The position numbers and the translations under genes are program-made. The notes beneath the pieces are model-generated. The model did not search any database and was not told the origin of the DNA. It worked only from the letters and a program-made list of their open reading frames with translations. A stretch of DNA of 39,800 nucleotides from a virus: IMG/VR virus record IMGVR_UViG_3300045988_118922, positions 1 through 39,800 of that record; one strand, written 5' to 3'. Numbering within the stretch: the stretch's first letter is position 1; each line of letters opens with the position of its first letter. This document shows positions 31,961 to 39,284 of this stretch, in pieces.

Positions 31961-33079
31961 TAATATATTGTCAATTTTATCAACTGCTATCTTATCATTT
32001 TCCTTAAAAGCGTGCGCGTAGATTTTTAATGTAATAGATATGTCGGAATGCCCCACGCGTTCTGATATTGTTTTTACATCTACGCCAGATGCGACTAACA
32101 TAGAAACATGAGAATGTCTTAATGCATGTAGCTTTTTAAATTCAAGTCCGATTCTTTTAATAAATCGTTTAAAAGTAATATCTAGATTATATGGATTATA
32201 ATAATTGTTATTGCTATTTATACATACTGTGTCATATTCTTTTTCTTTCATTAAACCTTGTAACTTTAATTTATTTTGTCTTAATTTCTCTTTTTTTAAC
32301 ATATCAAAAACATGATCTGGCAGAGTGATGCTTCTTATTGATGATTCACTCTTTGGTTGCTTCATGATATATTTGCCTTCTATGTATTGTAAATTGTATT
32401 GAATTTTTATAGTTTTATTTTCGAAGTCTACACAATCCCATGTTAAACCTAAAACCTCACCACGTCTTAGACCTCCATAGATTAAAAGCTTTATAGTATT
32501 TTGAAAATATATACTTTCGCTTTCTAAAGCGTTTAGTATCTGTTTTATTTCTCCTATTGAATATATTTCCTCTTCGTGTGTTTTATTGTTCTTCGGAAGG
32601 ATAATAAAATCAGTAATCCTTTTATTTATCTCTTGTAATCTGTATGCTTCATTTAGCACAGCATTGCATAATTGCATTATTTTTCGTTTTGAACGATAAG
32701 CTAAATCTTTTTTAAATATATAATTAACAAACATTTGATATTTATTTACAGTTATGTCGCTTAATTTCGTGTTTCCCCAATAAGGTTCGATATGTTTTTT
32801 AACGATACTTTTTGCACAAGCAATAGTATTTTCAGATATCCCTAACTTACTATCGTAATATCGATAACAACGATTTGTAAAAGAAATGTTACTCGGCAAA
32901 GCATAAATATCATTATTTATACTATTTTTAACTTCTATTAATTTTTTATCAGCATCTTTTTTATTTGCGTATGATCCTTGACTCTTTTGCTTCTTTTTGC
33001 CAACTTCATCTATATATTCTACATATACATAATATTTATCATTTCTTTTACGTATAAAACTACTTAAGATTTTTTCCAT
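31952..33079 (-). CDS. int: Tyrosine recombinase / phage integrase
   Basis: C-terminal HALRHSHVSMLV...ERVGHSDISITLKIYAH (R..HxxR..Y catalytic set). The N-terminal arm-binding-like domain begins KYYVYVEYIDEVGKKKQKS. Confidence 0.95.
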   Translation of the reverse strand: MEKILSSFIRKRNDKYYVYVEYIDEVGKKKQKSQGSYANKKDADKKLIEVKNSINNDIYALPSNISFTNRCYRYYDSKLGISENTIACAKSIVKKHIEPYWGNTKLSDITVNKYQMFVNYIFKKDLAYRSKRKIMQLCNAVLNEAYRLQEINKRITDFIILPKNNKTHEEEIYSIGEIKQILNALESESIYFQNTIKLLIYGGLRRGEVLGLTWDCVDFENKTIKIQYNLQYIEGKYIMKQPKSESSIRSITLPDHVFDMLKKEKLRQNKLKLQGLMKEKEYDTVCINSNNNYYNPYNLDITFKRFIKRIGLEFKKLHALRHSHVSMLVASGVDVKTISERVGHSDISITLKIYAHAFKENDKIAVDKIDNILSQ

Positions 33080-33090
33080 TGGTTTCCTCC

Positions 33091-33121
33091 TAATTAAAAA
33101 GAGCAGCTGGTAAAACTGCCC
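33091..33121 (-). terminator. Weak terminator after the PH/SHOCT gene
   Basis: Minus-strand GGGCAG / CTGCTC stem (one mismatch), followed by tttttaatt. Confidence 0.35.
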
Positions 33122-33132
33122 TGATGTTTATC

Positions 33133-33642
33133 TTATTTTAATATTTGTTCTTTTTTATTTTCATATTCTTCTTGGGTTATAGCTCCCATATCTAATAATT
33201 TTTTATATTTTAGTAATTCATCTGCCCCACCAAATTGACTTTCGTTATACTTATTTTTATTTTCTATATAGTCCTCTATATATCCTTTAATTTCTAATAT
33301 TTGTTCAGTTTCTTTTTTAGCGAATGATATTGTATTTTCATCTTGTACTGCATTAAAAACTCCGCCTTTAGCTTCCTGACTGCCCATTAATATAATTTGT
33401 AAATACCCTGTAGTCAAGCCTGGTTTTTTATATTGAACTCCCGTTACATTGTCTAAACAGATTTTCTTTGTGCCTGTAAAACCTTTATTTATCGAATTCA
33501 TAATTCCTTTAGCCGTAATAGAAATGAATTTACCTTCTAAGACGATTTCATATTTACCATTTGACTTTAAATTATAAACTTTTTTAGAACTTACTACTTG
33601 TTTTTTACCAGATTTATCTTTTTTAGATTTAAATAATCCCAT
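33133..33642 (-). CDS. Bacterial PH-like (DUF4429-like) domain protein with a C-terminal SHOCT domain
   Basis: C-terminal ELLKYKKLLDMGAITQEEYENKKEQIL is a SHOCT motif. The middle segment LDNVTGVQYKKPGLTTGYLQIIL is bPH-like. The ATG at 33642 has RBS agaggggga; the track start at 33708 has none. Confidence 0.65.
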   Translation of the reverse strand: MGLFKSKKDKSGKKQVVSSKKVYNLKSNGKYEIVLEGKFISITAKGIMNSINKGFTGTKKICLDNVTGVQYKKPGLTTGYLQIILMGSQEAKGGVFNAVQDENTISFAKKETEQILEIKGYIEDYIENKNKYNESQFGGADELLKYKKLLDMGAITQEEYENKKEQILK

Positions 33643-33785
33643 AATTATCCCCCTCTTGAGTTTATTGCTTTTCTTAAATTGTAGCATATTATACAGAAAT
33701 TTATACAATAAATCCCAAATTCCCCTTTTTTATTTAATATTTTTGTTTTATCATATAAATATATGTTATTCTGTGAAAAATAGTA

Positions 33786-33819
33786 TATAATGTATATAAG
33801 AAATAGAACATACGTTCTA
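33786..33819 (+). promoter_or_regulatory. Candidate promoter -10 (TATAAT 33786-33791) followed by a LexA/DinR (Cheo) box TAGAACATACGTTCTA (33804-33819)
   Basis: Perfect GAAC-N4-GTTC inverted repeat with R-N-R-Y spacer ATAC, placed about 13 nt downstream of the -10 so that it covers the expected start site. Confidence 0.6.
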
Positions 33820-33845
33820 TAAAATAAGGGGGAATAATCTGGAAT

Positions 33846-33953
33846 ATGAAAGAAAAATTAATAAATGCAATAAAAAATCACAAATTAGATCATAAACATT
33901 TAAATGAAGTTATAAAGCTAGCTAAAGAAGAATTGAATAAAACAAAAGACTAG
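33846..33953 (+). CDS. 35-aa ORF under the LexA-box promoter (MKEKLINAIKNHKLDHKHLNEVIKLAKEELNKTKD); candidate small antirepressor or SOS effector
   Basis: Own translation. A GGGGGA RBS-like element lies upstream. Convergent with the repressor gene. Not in the ORF track. Confidence 0.35.
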   Translation: MKEKLINAIKNHKLDHKHLNEVIKLAKEELNKTKD

Positions 33954-33975
33954 GTAATCCCTAGTCTTTTTTTAT
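33944..33975. terminator. Bidirectional terminator between the small ORF and the repressor gene
   Basis: AGACTAGG / CCTAGTCT stem (33947-33954 / 33960-33967), extended by A-run/T-run flanks. Confidence 0.65.
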
Positions 33976-34281
33976 TAGTCCAAATGCCATTTTAGTTATT
34001 AATTCAAGTTGTTCATCTGTTAATTGTTCTGCTAATTTAATAGCATCATGTTCTTTTTCTGACATATCTTCTAACGGTTTTTTATTATCTACACGCCCTA
34101 GCAGATAATCTGTGGTAACGTCAAATATATCTGCTAATTGTAAAAGTGTATGAGCGTCTGGTACACTTACGCCTCTTTCATAACATCCATATGCTCCCTT
34201 CGTTAGACCTATTTTTTTAGCTATTTCTTGTTGTGTATAATTATTTTCCTCTCTCAATTCTCTTAATCTTCTTGCTAACAT
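33961..34281 (-). CDS. CI-like repressor, XRE-family HTH, without a peptidase S24 domain
   Basis: LRELREENNYTQQEIAKKIGLTKGAYGCYERG..VPDAHTLLQLADIFDVTTDYLLG. Only 106 aa. Divergent from the cro-like gene. Confidence 0.85.
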   Translation of the reverse strand: MLARRLRELREENNYTQQEIAKKIGLTKGAYGCYERGVSVPDAHTLLQLADIFDVTTDYLLGRVDNKKPLEDMSEKEHDAIKLAEQLTDEQLELITKMAFGLIKKD

Positions 34282-34334
34282 GTTTTCCTATCCTCCATTA
34301 AAATGCACTTTATCTATAAATATGTTATAAGTTA

Positions 34335-34364
34335 ATTATACTTATATATTCTCTATTTATGCAA
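34335..34364 (-). promoter_or_regulatory. Candidate repressor-gene promoter (minus strand)
   Basis: Minus-strand TTGCAT (complement of 34359-34364), 18 nt, TATAAT (complement of 34335-34340). Confidence 0.4.
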
Positions 34365-34413
34365 ATTTTCCTCGCCTTTTTGAAATAAAATCGAAAAATT
34401 TTAATCAAAACAC

Positions 34414-34441
34414 TTGACAGGCTAATTTAATTTGCTATAAT
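34414..34441 (+). promoter_or_regulatory. Early lytic promoter (PR-like)
   Basis: TTGACA (34414-34419), 16 nt, tgcTATAAT (34436-34441), which is consensus plus an extended -10. ATTTGC/GCAAAT motifs recur at 34361, 34431 and 34469 as possible operator half-sites. Confidence 0.6.
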
Positions 34442-34513
34442 GTAAGTATAACAAGTCAATAAGATTTGCTTGATAATTAAAAAATCTAATTAAATTCGAT
34501 TGGAGGTGATTTG

Positions 34514-34729
34514 ATGAATAAGCTAAGAGAATACAGAACAGAGGGCAATTATAGACAAAGGGACTTAGCTGAAAAAATAGGAGTAACAAGACAAGCATTT
34601 TCTTGTTATGAATTAGGAATAGCTAAACCTCCACTAGACAAAGCTAAGAAATTAGCTGATATATTCGGAGTAACAATAGAAGATATTTTTTTTAGCAAGA
34701 CAGACGAATTAAATTCTACAAATGAGTAG
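34514..34729 (+). CDS. Cro-like XRE-family HTH regulator
   Basis: LREYRTEGNYRQRDLAEKIGVTRQAFSCYELG...AKKLADIFGVTIEDIF. RBS ggaggtg upstream. Confidence 0.8.
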   Translation: MNKLREYRTEGNYRQRDLAEKIGVTRQAFSCYELGIAKPPLDKAKKLADIFGVTIEDIFFSKTDELNSTNE

Positions 34730-34776
34730 ATGGATTAATTTGATTCAACAAATTATATTAGAAAGGGAGATTGAAC

Positions 34777-35661
34777 ATGAAACTTAACTTAGTAGGAAAT
34801 CAAAACGACAGAAATTATGTCATGGAATCTGAAACACACGGAACTATTAATTTAGTAGAACTACTTGAAAGATTTGGAAAAATAATGGACTACATGACTG
34901 AAAGCATGGTAGCTAGTTTTTATCAAGTACCACAAAGTACAATAGAAAATTATGGCTCAAGAAATACACAAGAATTAAATAATTATGGTTATAGAGTTTA
35001 TAAAAAGAGTGAAATTTTAAACACTCAACTTGAGGGATTAGAAAGCATACCAAATAGAGGTTTAAGATTATATCCAATAAAAGCGGTAATAGTAATTGGA
35101 ATGATGTTAACAGAATCTAAAATAGCAGAACAATTAAGACAAGATATAATAGATAAATTATTTAATCAGCAAACAATGCAAATATCAGAAAAACAGATGT
35201 TACAGTTGAAAATTTTAAATGGTGACGATATGGAAAGGATTTTAGCTTTAAAAGAATATGAGGGAGTTATAACTAAACCTCTAATAGACACAATAGAAAA
35301 ACAATCAGATGCAATAAATGAATTAAAACCTCATGCAGAATATGCAGAAAGAGTTTTAGAAGATAAAAAAACATTATTAACTCCAACTCAAATAGCTAAA
35401 GATTTTGGAATGGCTGGTAAAGCATTAAATGCATTACTCCATGAGTTAGGAGTTCAATATAAGCAAAATGGTCAATGGCTTTTATATGCTAAGTATCAAG
35501 GTAAGGGATATACAGGACCATATCAACCAGATATACCAAACGCTAAACCGCAGACTAGATGGACGCAAGCTGGCAAGAAATTTATCCATGATATTTTAAG
35601 AAAAAACGGCTATAAAACAGTTTTAGAAAATCAACAAAAACAACAAAGTTTTTTTAACTAA
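34777..35661 (+). CDS. Antirepressor with an ORF6N-like N-terminus and a KilAC (ANT) C-terminal domain
   Basis: C-terminal LTPTQIAKDFGMAGKALNALLHELGVQYKQNGQWLLYAKYQGKGYT is KilAC-like. ATG 34777 follows RBS aagggag. Confidence 0.75.
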   Translation: MKLNLVGNQNDRNYVMESETHGTINLVELLERFGKIMDYMTESMVASFYQVPQSTIENYGSRNTQELNNYGYRVYKKSEILNTQLEGLESIPNRGLRLYPIKAVIVIGMMLTESKIAEQLRQDIIDKLFNQQTMQISEKQMLQLKILNGDDMERILALKEYEGVITKPLIDTIEKQSDAINELKPHAEYAERVLEDKKTLLTPTQIAKDFGMAGKALNALLHELGVQYKQNGQWLLYAKYQGKGYTGPYQPDIPNAKPQTRWTQAGKKFIHDILRKNGYKTVLENQQKQQSFFN

Positions 35662-35673
35662 GGAGGATTGAAA

Positions 35674-36087
35674 ATGGAAGATAACAGAAAACTAAACTTT
35701 ATTTACAATGGAGACATAACAATACAAAAATCAAATGTTAGGGTAATAGAAATAGGCAGTGGAGATATGGAATTTAGACTAGATGAAAGATTTCCTTGGA
35801 TAAACGTTTACATAGGAGATAATTCCGATGAAGGCTTTGCATATTATGACGAAATAGATGACATAGAATCTTCGTTTATAAGTGATGATGAGTTTATGAC
35901 AATAGCACTTAATTATTATGTGCAACATGTAAAATTCATAACTCGTAAGGAAATGAATGAAAGAGTACAAAAATACTTTAAAAAACAAGAAAAAGAAAAT
36001 CAAAAGGTAAAACAAATTTTATCTCAATATACAGATGAACAGTTATTAAATGAAGTTAACGAAAGAGGGCTTTTAGGGGGTAACTAA
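35674..36087 (+). CDS. Hypothetical protein
   Basis: ORF with RBS aggagg. Confidence 0.5.
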   Translation: MEDNRKLNFIYNGDITIQKSNVRVIEIGSGDMEFRLDERFPWINVYIGDNSDEGFAYYDEIDDIESSFISDDEFMTIALNYYVQHVKFITRKEMNERVQKYFKKQEKENQKVKQILSQYTDEQLLNEVNERGLLGGN

Positions 36088-36088
36088 C

Positions 36089-36292
36089 ATGGCAACTTAC
36101 ATAAAAACAGAACATTTCTTCAAAAGAGAAGTAGAAGCAGTATCAGACATATTAAGAGCTAGAGGCTTTAGAGAAGAATGGAGCATAATAACTCCATATC
36201 AAGCAGAGATAAAGATGTTCCACGTGTTACAAAATAAGTTTGCACTACTTAGAAAACAAGGCAATAACACAGTAGTAGATTATTCAAGATAG
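36089..36292 (+). CDS. Hypothetical protein
   Basis: 67-aa ORF tightly packed after the previous gene. Confidence 0.45.
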   Translation: MATYIKTEHFFKREVEAVSDILRARGFREEWSIITPYQAEIKMFHVLQNKFALLRKQGNNTVVDYSR

Positions 36293-36301
36293 GGGGCATA
36301 T

Positions 36302-36385
36302 ATGTTAGCAAAATACATAGCAGTAGTAATCATATTTAACATAGGCTTCTTTTTAGGAGCTTGGTGGCACAGCATACATAATTAG
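36302..36385 (+). CDS. Possible 27-aa single-TM mini-protein (MLAKYIAVVIIFNIGFFLGAWWHSIHN)
   Basis: RBS aggggg 6 nt upstream. Fills an otherwise empty gap. Not in the ORF track. Confidence 0.3.
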   Translation: MLAKYIAVVIIFNIGFFLGAWWHSIHN

Positions 36386-36396
36386 GGGGTGAAAGT

Positions 36397-36723
36397 ATGG
36401 CAAGTGAATTTGAAAAGATGTTAGTAAGAAACATGGACCAAAGCGAACTACTTCAAACAATATCAGAAAGAATTGACTTAGTTGATATCGTTGAAAAATT
36501 TCGTTATAGCGAAGACTATGCACCATGCGAATACTTAACAATAGAACAATTACAGAAGTATCTACATTGTGGCCGTAACTATGCTTTACAGGTAGCAAGA
36601 TATGGGCTTAGCACAGGAGAATACACAGTAAATCATATGGGGAGAAAGTATCTAGTAGACAGAATAAGTTATGACAAATATGTCAAAAGAAAACTAGGGA
36701 AAAGCCTAAAGGAGGTGCTATAA
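36397..36723 (+). CDS. Hypothetical DNA-binding protein (excisionase/HTH_17-like segment)
   Basis: YLTIEQLQKYLHCGRNYALQVAR...GRKYLVDRISYDKYV resembles MerR/Xis-type HTH domains. The resemblance is weak. Confidence 0.4.
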   Translation: MASEFEKMLVRNMDQSELLQTISERIDLVDIVEKFRYSEDYAPCEYLTIEQLQKYLHCGRNYALQVARYGLSTGEYTVNHMGRKYLVDRISYDKYVKRKLGKSLKEVL

Positions 36724-37005
36724 ATGACAAATCAAGAGTTCAGAAAAGAAGCAGCTAAGCTATTTGACAAAGCAGAATACATCAACGAAAATAGTGGTTT
36801 CATAAGCGCTTCTCTAGAGTTACATCACTTAAAAGGATTAGATAATGAACCTTTTTACAGTCTAACTCTTAGAACAGACCTTTACAGAACAAAAGACACA
36901 TTCTTATACACATCAACAGGAAGTAGAGACACAGAATACACAATTTCAAAGATGCATCAAGTATTAGATGCAGTTATCGAAGGTGTAAAGGAGGTGGTTA
37001 GATGA
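36724..37005 (+). CDS. Hypothetical protein
   Basis: 93-aa ORF, coupled to its neighbours. Confidence 0.45.
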   Translation: MTNQEFRKEAAKLFDKAEYINENSGFISASLELHHLKGLDNEPFYSLTLRTDLYRTKDTFLYTSTGSRDTEYTISKMHQVLDAVIEGVKEVVR

Positions 37006-37106
37006 AATGTACACCAGAAGTTCTAAACTACTTAGCAAATAAATATCCAAACATGACAGTAAAACAACTTATAGAGTTAATGAACTCAAAATGTAACTGG
37101 AGATAA
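37002..37106 (+). CDS. Small hypothetical protein, 34 aa
   Basis: ATGA overlap with the upstream stop (MKCTPEVLNYLANKYPNMTVKQLIELMNSKCNWR). Not in the ORF track. Confidence 0.3.
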   Translation: MKCTPEVLNYLANKYPNMTVKQLIELMNSKCNWR

Positions 37107-37120
37107 AGGGGGAATAACAA

Positions 37121-37360
37121 ATGAAGAGTAAAGAACAAATCTATGAAGAAACTCAGGACATGGTCCTAAAACAAAACACTGACAACTATATGGAATATCT
37201 AAGAATATACAGACAGGCATTCAATTCAAATGTGACTCAAGAAGAAAAGGACGATATAAGAAAAAAAGCATATGAAGAATATCAAAGAAAAGAAGCTGAG
37301 TTAAAAGATATTTTGCAATATGCTTATTTAGATCTAGTTATAGAAAATCCATATTTATAG
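37121..37360 (+). CDS. Hypothetical protein
   Basis: 79-aa ORF with RBS aggggga. Confidence 0.45.
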   Translation: MKSKEQIYEETQDMVLKQNTDNYMEYLRIYRQAFNSNVTQEEKDDIRKKAYEEYQRKEAELKDILQYAYLDLVIENPYL

Positions 37361-37376
37361 GAAAGGAGTAATAGAT

Positions 37377-37952
37377 ATGATAGAATGGCGACCAATAGAA
37401 GGATTTGAAGGGTTATACGAAGTTAGCAACATAGGAAATGTAAGAAGTTTAAATTACAGACATACTGGAGAAGCTAAAATACTCAGACCAGGGGGAAATA
37501 AAGGATATTTAAATATTAATTTATGGAAAAATGGAAAGCGCTATATTAAAACAGTACATCGATTAGTTGCAAATGCGTTTATACCTAATCCGGAGAATAA
37601 ACCACAAGTAAATCATATTGACGGTGATAAAACTAATAATAGAGTAAATAATTTGGAATGGGTAACAAATAGAGAAAATCAATTGCACGCATATAATATA
37701 GGTCTACACGTAACAACAGAAGAATTTAGAAAGAAATTAAGTGAAGCATGTAAAGGTGAAAAAAATCCAAAAGCTAAACAAGTAATTTGTATCACTACTA
37801 GAGAGGTTTTTGATTATATGGCAGAAGGAGCGAAAAAGTACAATGTAAACGCAGGGCATATATCAGACTGTTGCCGAGGAAAAAGAAAAAGTGCTGGTAA
37901 ACATCCAGTAACAGGTGAAAAATTAGTATGGCAATATACAGAAACTATATAA
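37377..37952 (+). CDS. Free-standing HNH homing endonuclease (NUMOD4 + HNH_3 + C-terminal DNA-binding module)
   Basis: WRPIEGFEGLYEVSNIGNVRS is NUMOD4-like. HRLVANAF...VNHIDGDKTNNRVNNLEWVTNRENQLHA is the HNH motif. C-terminus GHISDCCRGKRKSAGKH. Confidence 0.9.
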   Translation: MIEWRPIEGFEGLYEVSNIGNVRSLNYRHTGEAKILRPGGNKGYLNINLWKNGKRYIKTVHRLVANAFIPNPENKPQVNHIDGDKTNNRVNNLEWVTNRENQLHAYNIGLHVTTEEFRKKLSEACKGEKNPKAKQVICITTREVFDYMAEGAKKYNVNAGHISDCCRGKRKSAGKHPVTGEKLVWQYTETI

Positions 37953-37957
37953 AAAAA

Positions 37958-37991
37958 CTAGTTATCTAGAACACCAAATCTAGATAACTAG
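37958..37991. other. Perfect 13-bp-stem hairpin immediately after the HNH gene
   Basis: CTAGTTATCTAGA (37958-37970) / TCTAGATAACTAG (37979-37991) with an 8-nt loop. No T tract follows on the plus strand. Confidence 0.8.
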
Positions 37992-38049
37992 TAACAAAAC
38001 ACTATATGTAATATAAGATACTTAAATTATACCATAAGAGGGGGATAAT

Positions 38050-38355
38050 ATGAAGTTAAAATTACAATCTGAGGGAGTAAAACAATCCGACATAAAGACA
38101 TTAGAACAAAGATTATTCCTAGTTAGACTATACAGAAATACTACTGACCCAGAAGGTAGACTAGGATTTATAGAAGGAGCAGAATTTGCTCTAAGAAATA
38201 GAAAGTTTATGACATTAGATATATTTAAAGAACACTATAAAGACACATTAAAACAAATAGGAAATAGAAAACATGATAGTTACGAAAGCAGTTTATTATA
38301 TGCTTTACGACTTAATATAGAAGAGTTAGAGATAAATAAGGAAGGTGAATTTTAA
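38050..38355 (+). CDS. Hypothetical protein
   Basis: 101-aa ORF coupled to recT (ATGA overlap). Confidence 0.45.
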   Translation: MKLKLQSEGVKQSDIKTLEQRLFLVRLYRNTTDPEGRLGFIEGAEFALRNRKFMTLDIFKEHYKDTLKQIGNRKHDSYESSLLYALRLNIEELEINKEGEF

Positions 38356-39233
38356 TGACTAAAGCAGTACAAAGAACAAATGGTGCATTAGCACTTGCAG
38401 AATGCACTCTAGAAGGTGGACAAGTTTTAAACGTAGAAACAGTTAAGAATTATCTTGTAAGAGGTAACGGAGACATAACAGACCAAGAAACATTGATGTT
38501 TATCGAGTTATGCAAAGCTCAACATCTTAATCCATTCATAAACGAAGCATACTTAATTAAATTTGGAACTCAACCAGCACAAATAGTTACTGGTAAAGAT
38601 GTATTCGTAAAAAGAGCTTATAAAAATCCTAACTTTGAAGGAATGAAAGCTGGAATAGTAGTTTTATCTAATGGAGAAATGAAATACAGAGAAGGCAGCT
38701 TAAAAGCACCAAAAGAACAATTAATCGGTGGTTGGTGTGAGGTATATGTAAAAAATATGAAATTTCCAATTAGATCAGAGGTTTCTTTAGAAGAATATAG
38801 TAAATCACAAGCAACTTGGAAACAGATGCCGTGTGTAATGGTGAGAAAATGCGCTATGGTGACTGCTTTAAGAGAGGCATTCCCAGAAGATTTACAAGGA
38901 TTATATGATAGCTGTGAAATGAAAAATGTACCTGATAAACTTCCACAAAAAGAAGTGGTAATAGGTAAAGCAACAAGTGAGCAAAAGAGAAAGTTATTAG
39001 CAATGGCAGAAGTAAAAGGATTATATAGCCATGAAGATGCTAAAGATACATCAAAGCTTGAATATTTCTGTAGTAGCAACGGATATGACCTAAAAGATTT
39101 GAAGTTTGAAGAAGTGGACGAGCTATTACAACTACTAACAGATTATGAACCAGTACAAGATGTGGATTATACAGAAGAACCTATAGAAGAGGATAACGGA
39201 CAAATAGAAGGGCAACAAGTAATGGATATGTAA
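38355..39233 (+). CDS. recT: RecT/Bet-type single-strand annealing recombinase
   Basis: LNPFINEAYLIKFG.QPAQIVTGKD...GGWCEVY...ATWKQMPCVMVRKCAMVTALREAFPEDLQGLY is RecT-family-like. Confidence 0.85.
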   Translation: MTKAVQRTNGALALAECTLEGGQVLNVETVKNYLVRGNGDITDQETLMFIELCKAQHLNPFINEAYLIKFGTQPAQIVTGKDVFVKRAYKNPNFEGMKAGIVVLSNGEMKYREGSLKAPKEQLIGGWCEVYVKNMKFPIRSEVSLEEYSKSQATWKQMPCVMVRKCAMVTALREAFPEDLQGLYDSCEMKNVPDKLPQKEVVIGKATSEQKRKLLAMAEVKGLYSHEDAKDTSKLEYFCSSNGYDLKDLKFEEVDELLQLLTDYEPVQDVDYTEEPIEEDNGQIEGQQVMDM

Positions 39234-39284
39234 CTAGGTTGGGGAGCAATCCCCTTCCTAGAAAAGTAAAGAAGGTGAAGATTA

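Noticed and set aside
39234-39261. Symmetric hairpin CTAGG-tt-GGGGA-gcaa-TCCCC-tt-CCTAG directly after recT.
   Set aside because: The structure is real, but no T tract follows and the next gene starts 24 nt later in the same direction. It is most simply an mRNA-stability or weak pause element, and I could not attach a more specific hypothesis.
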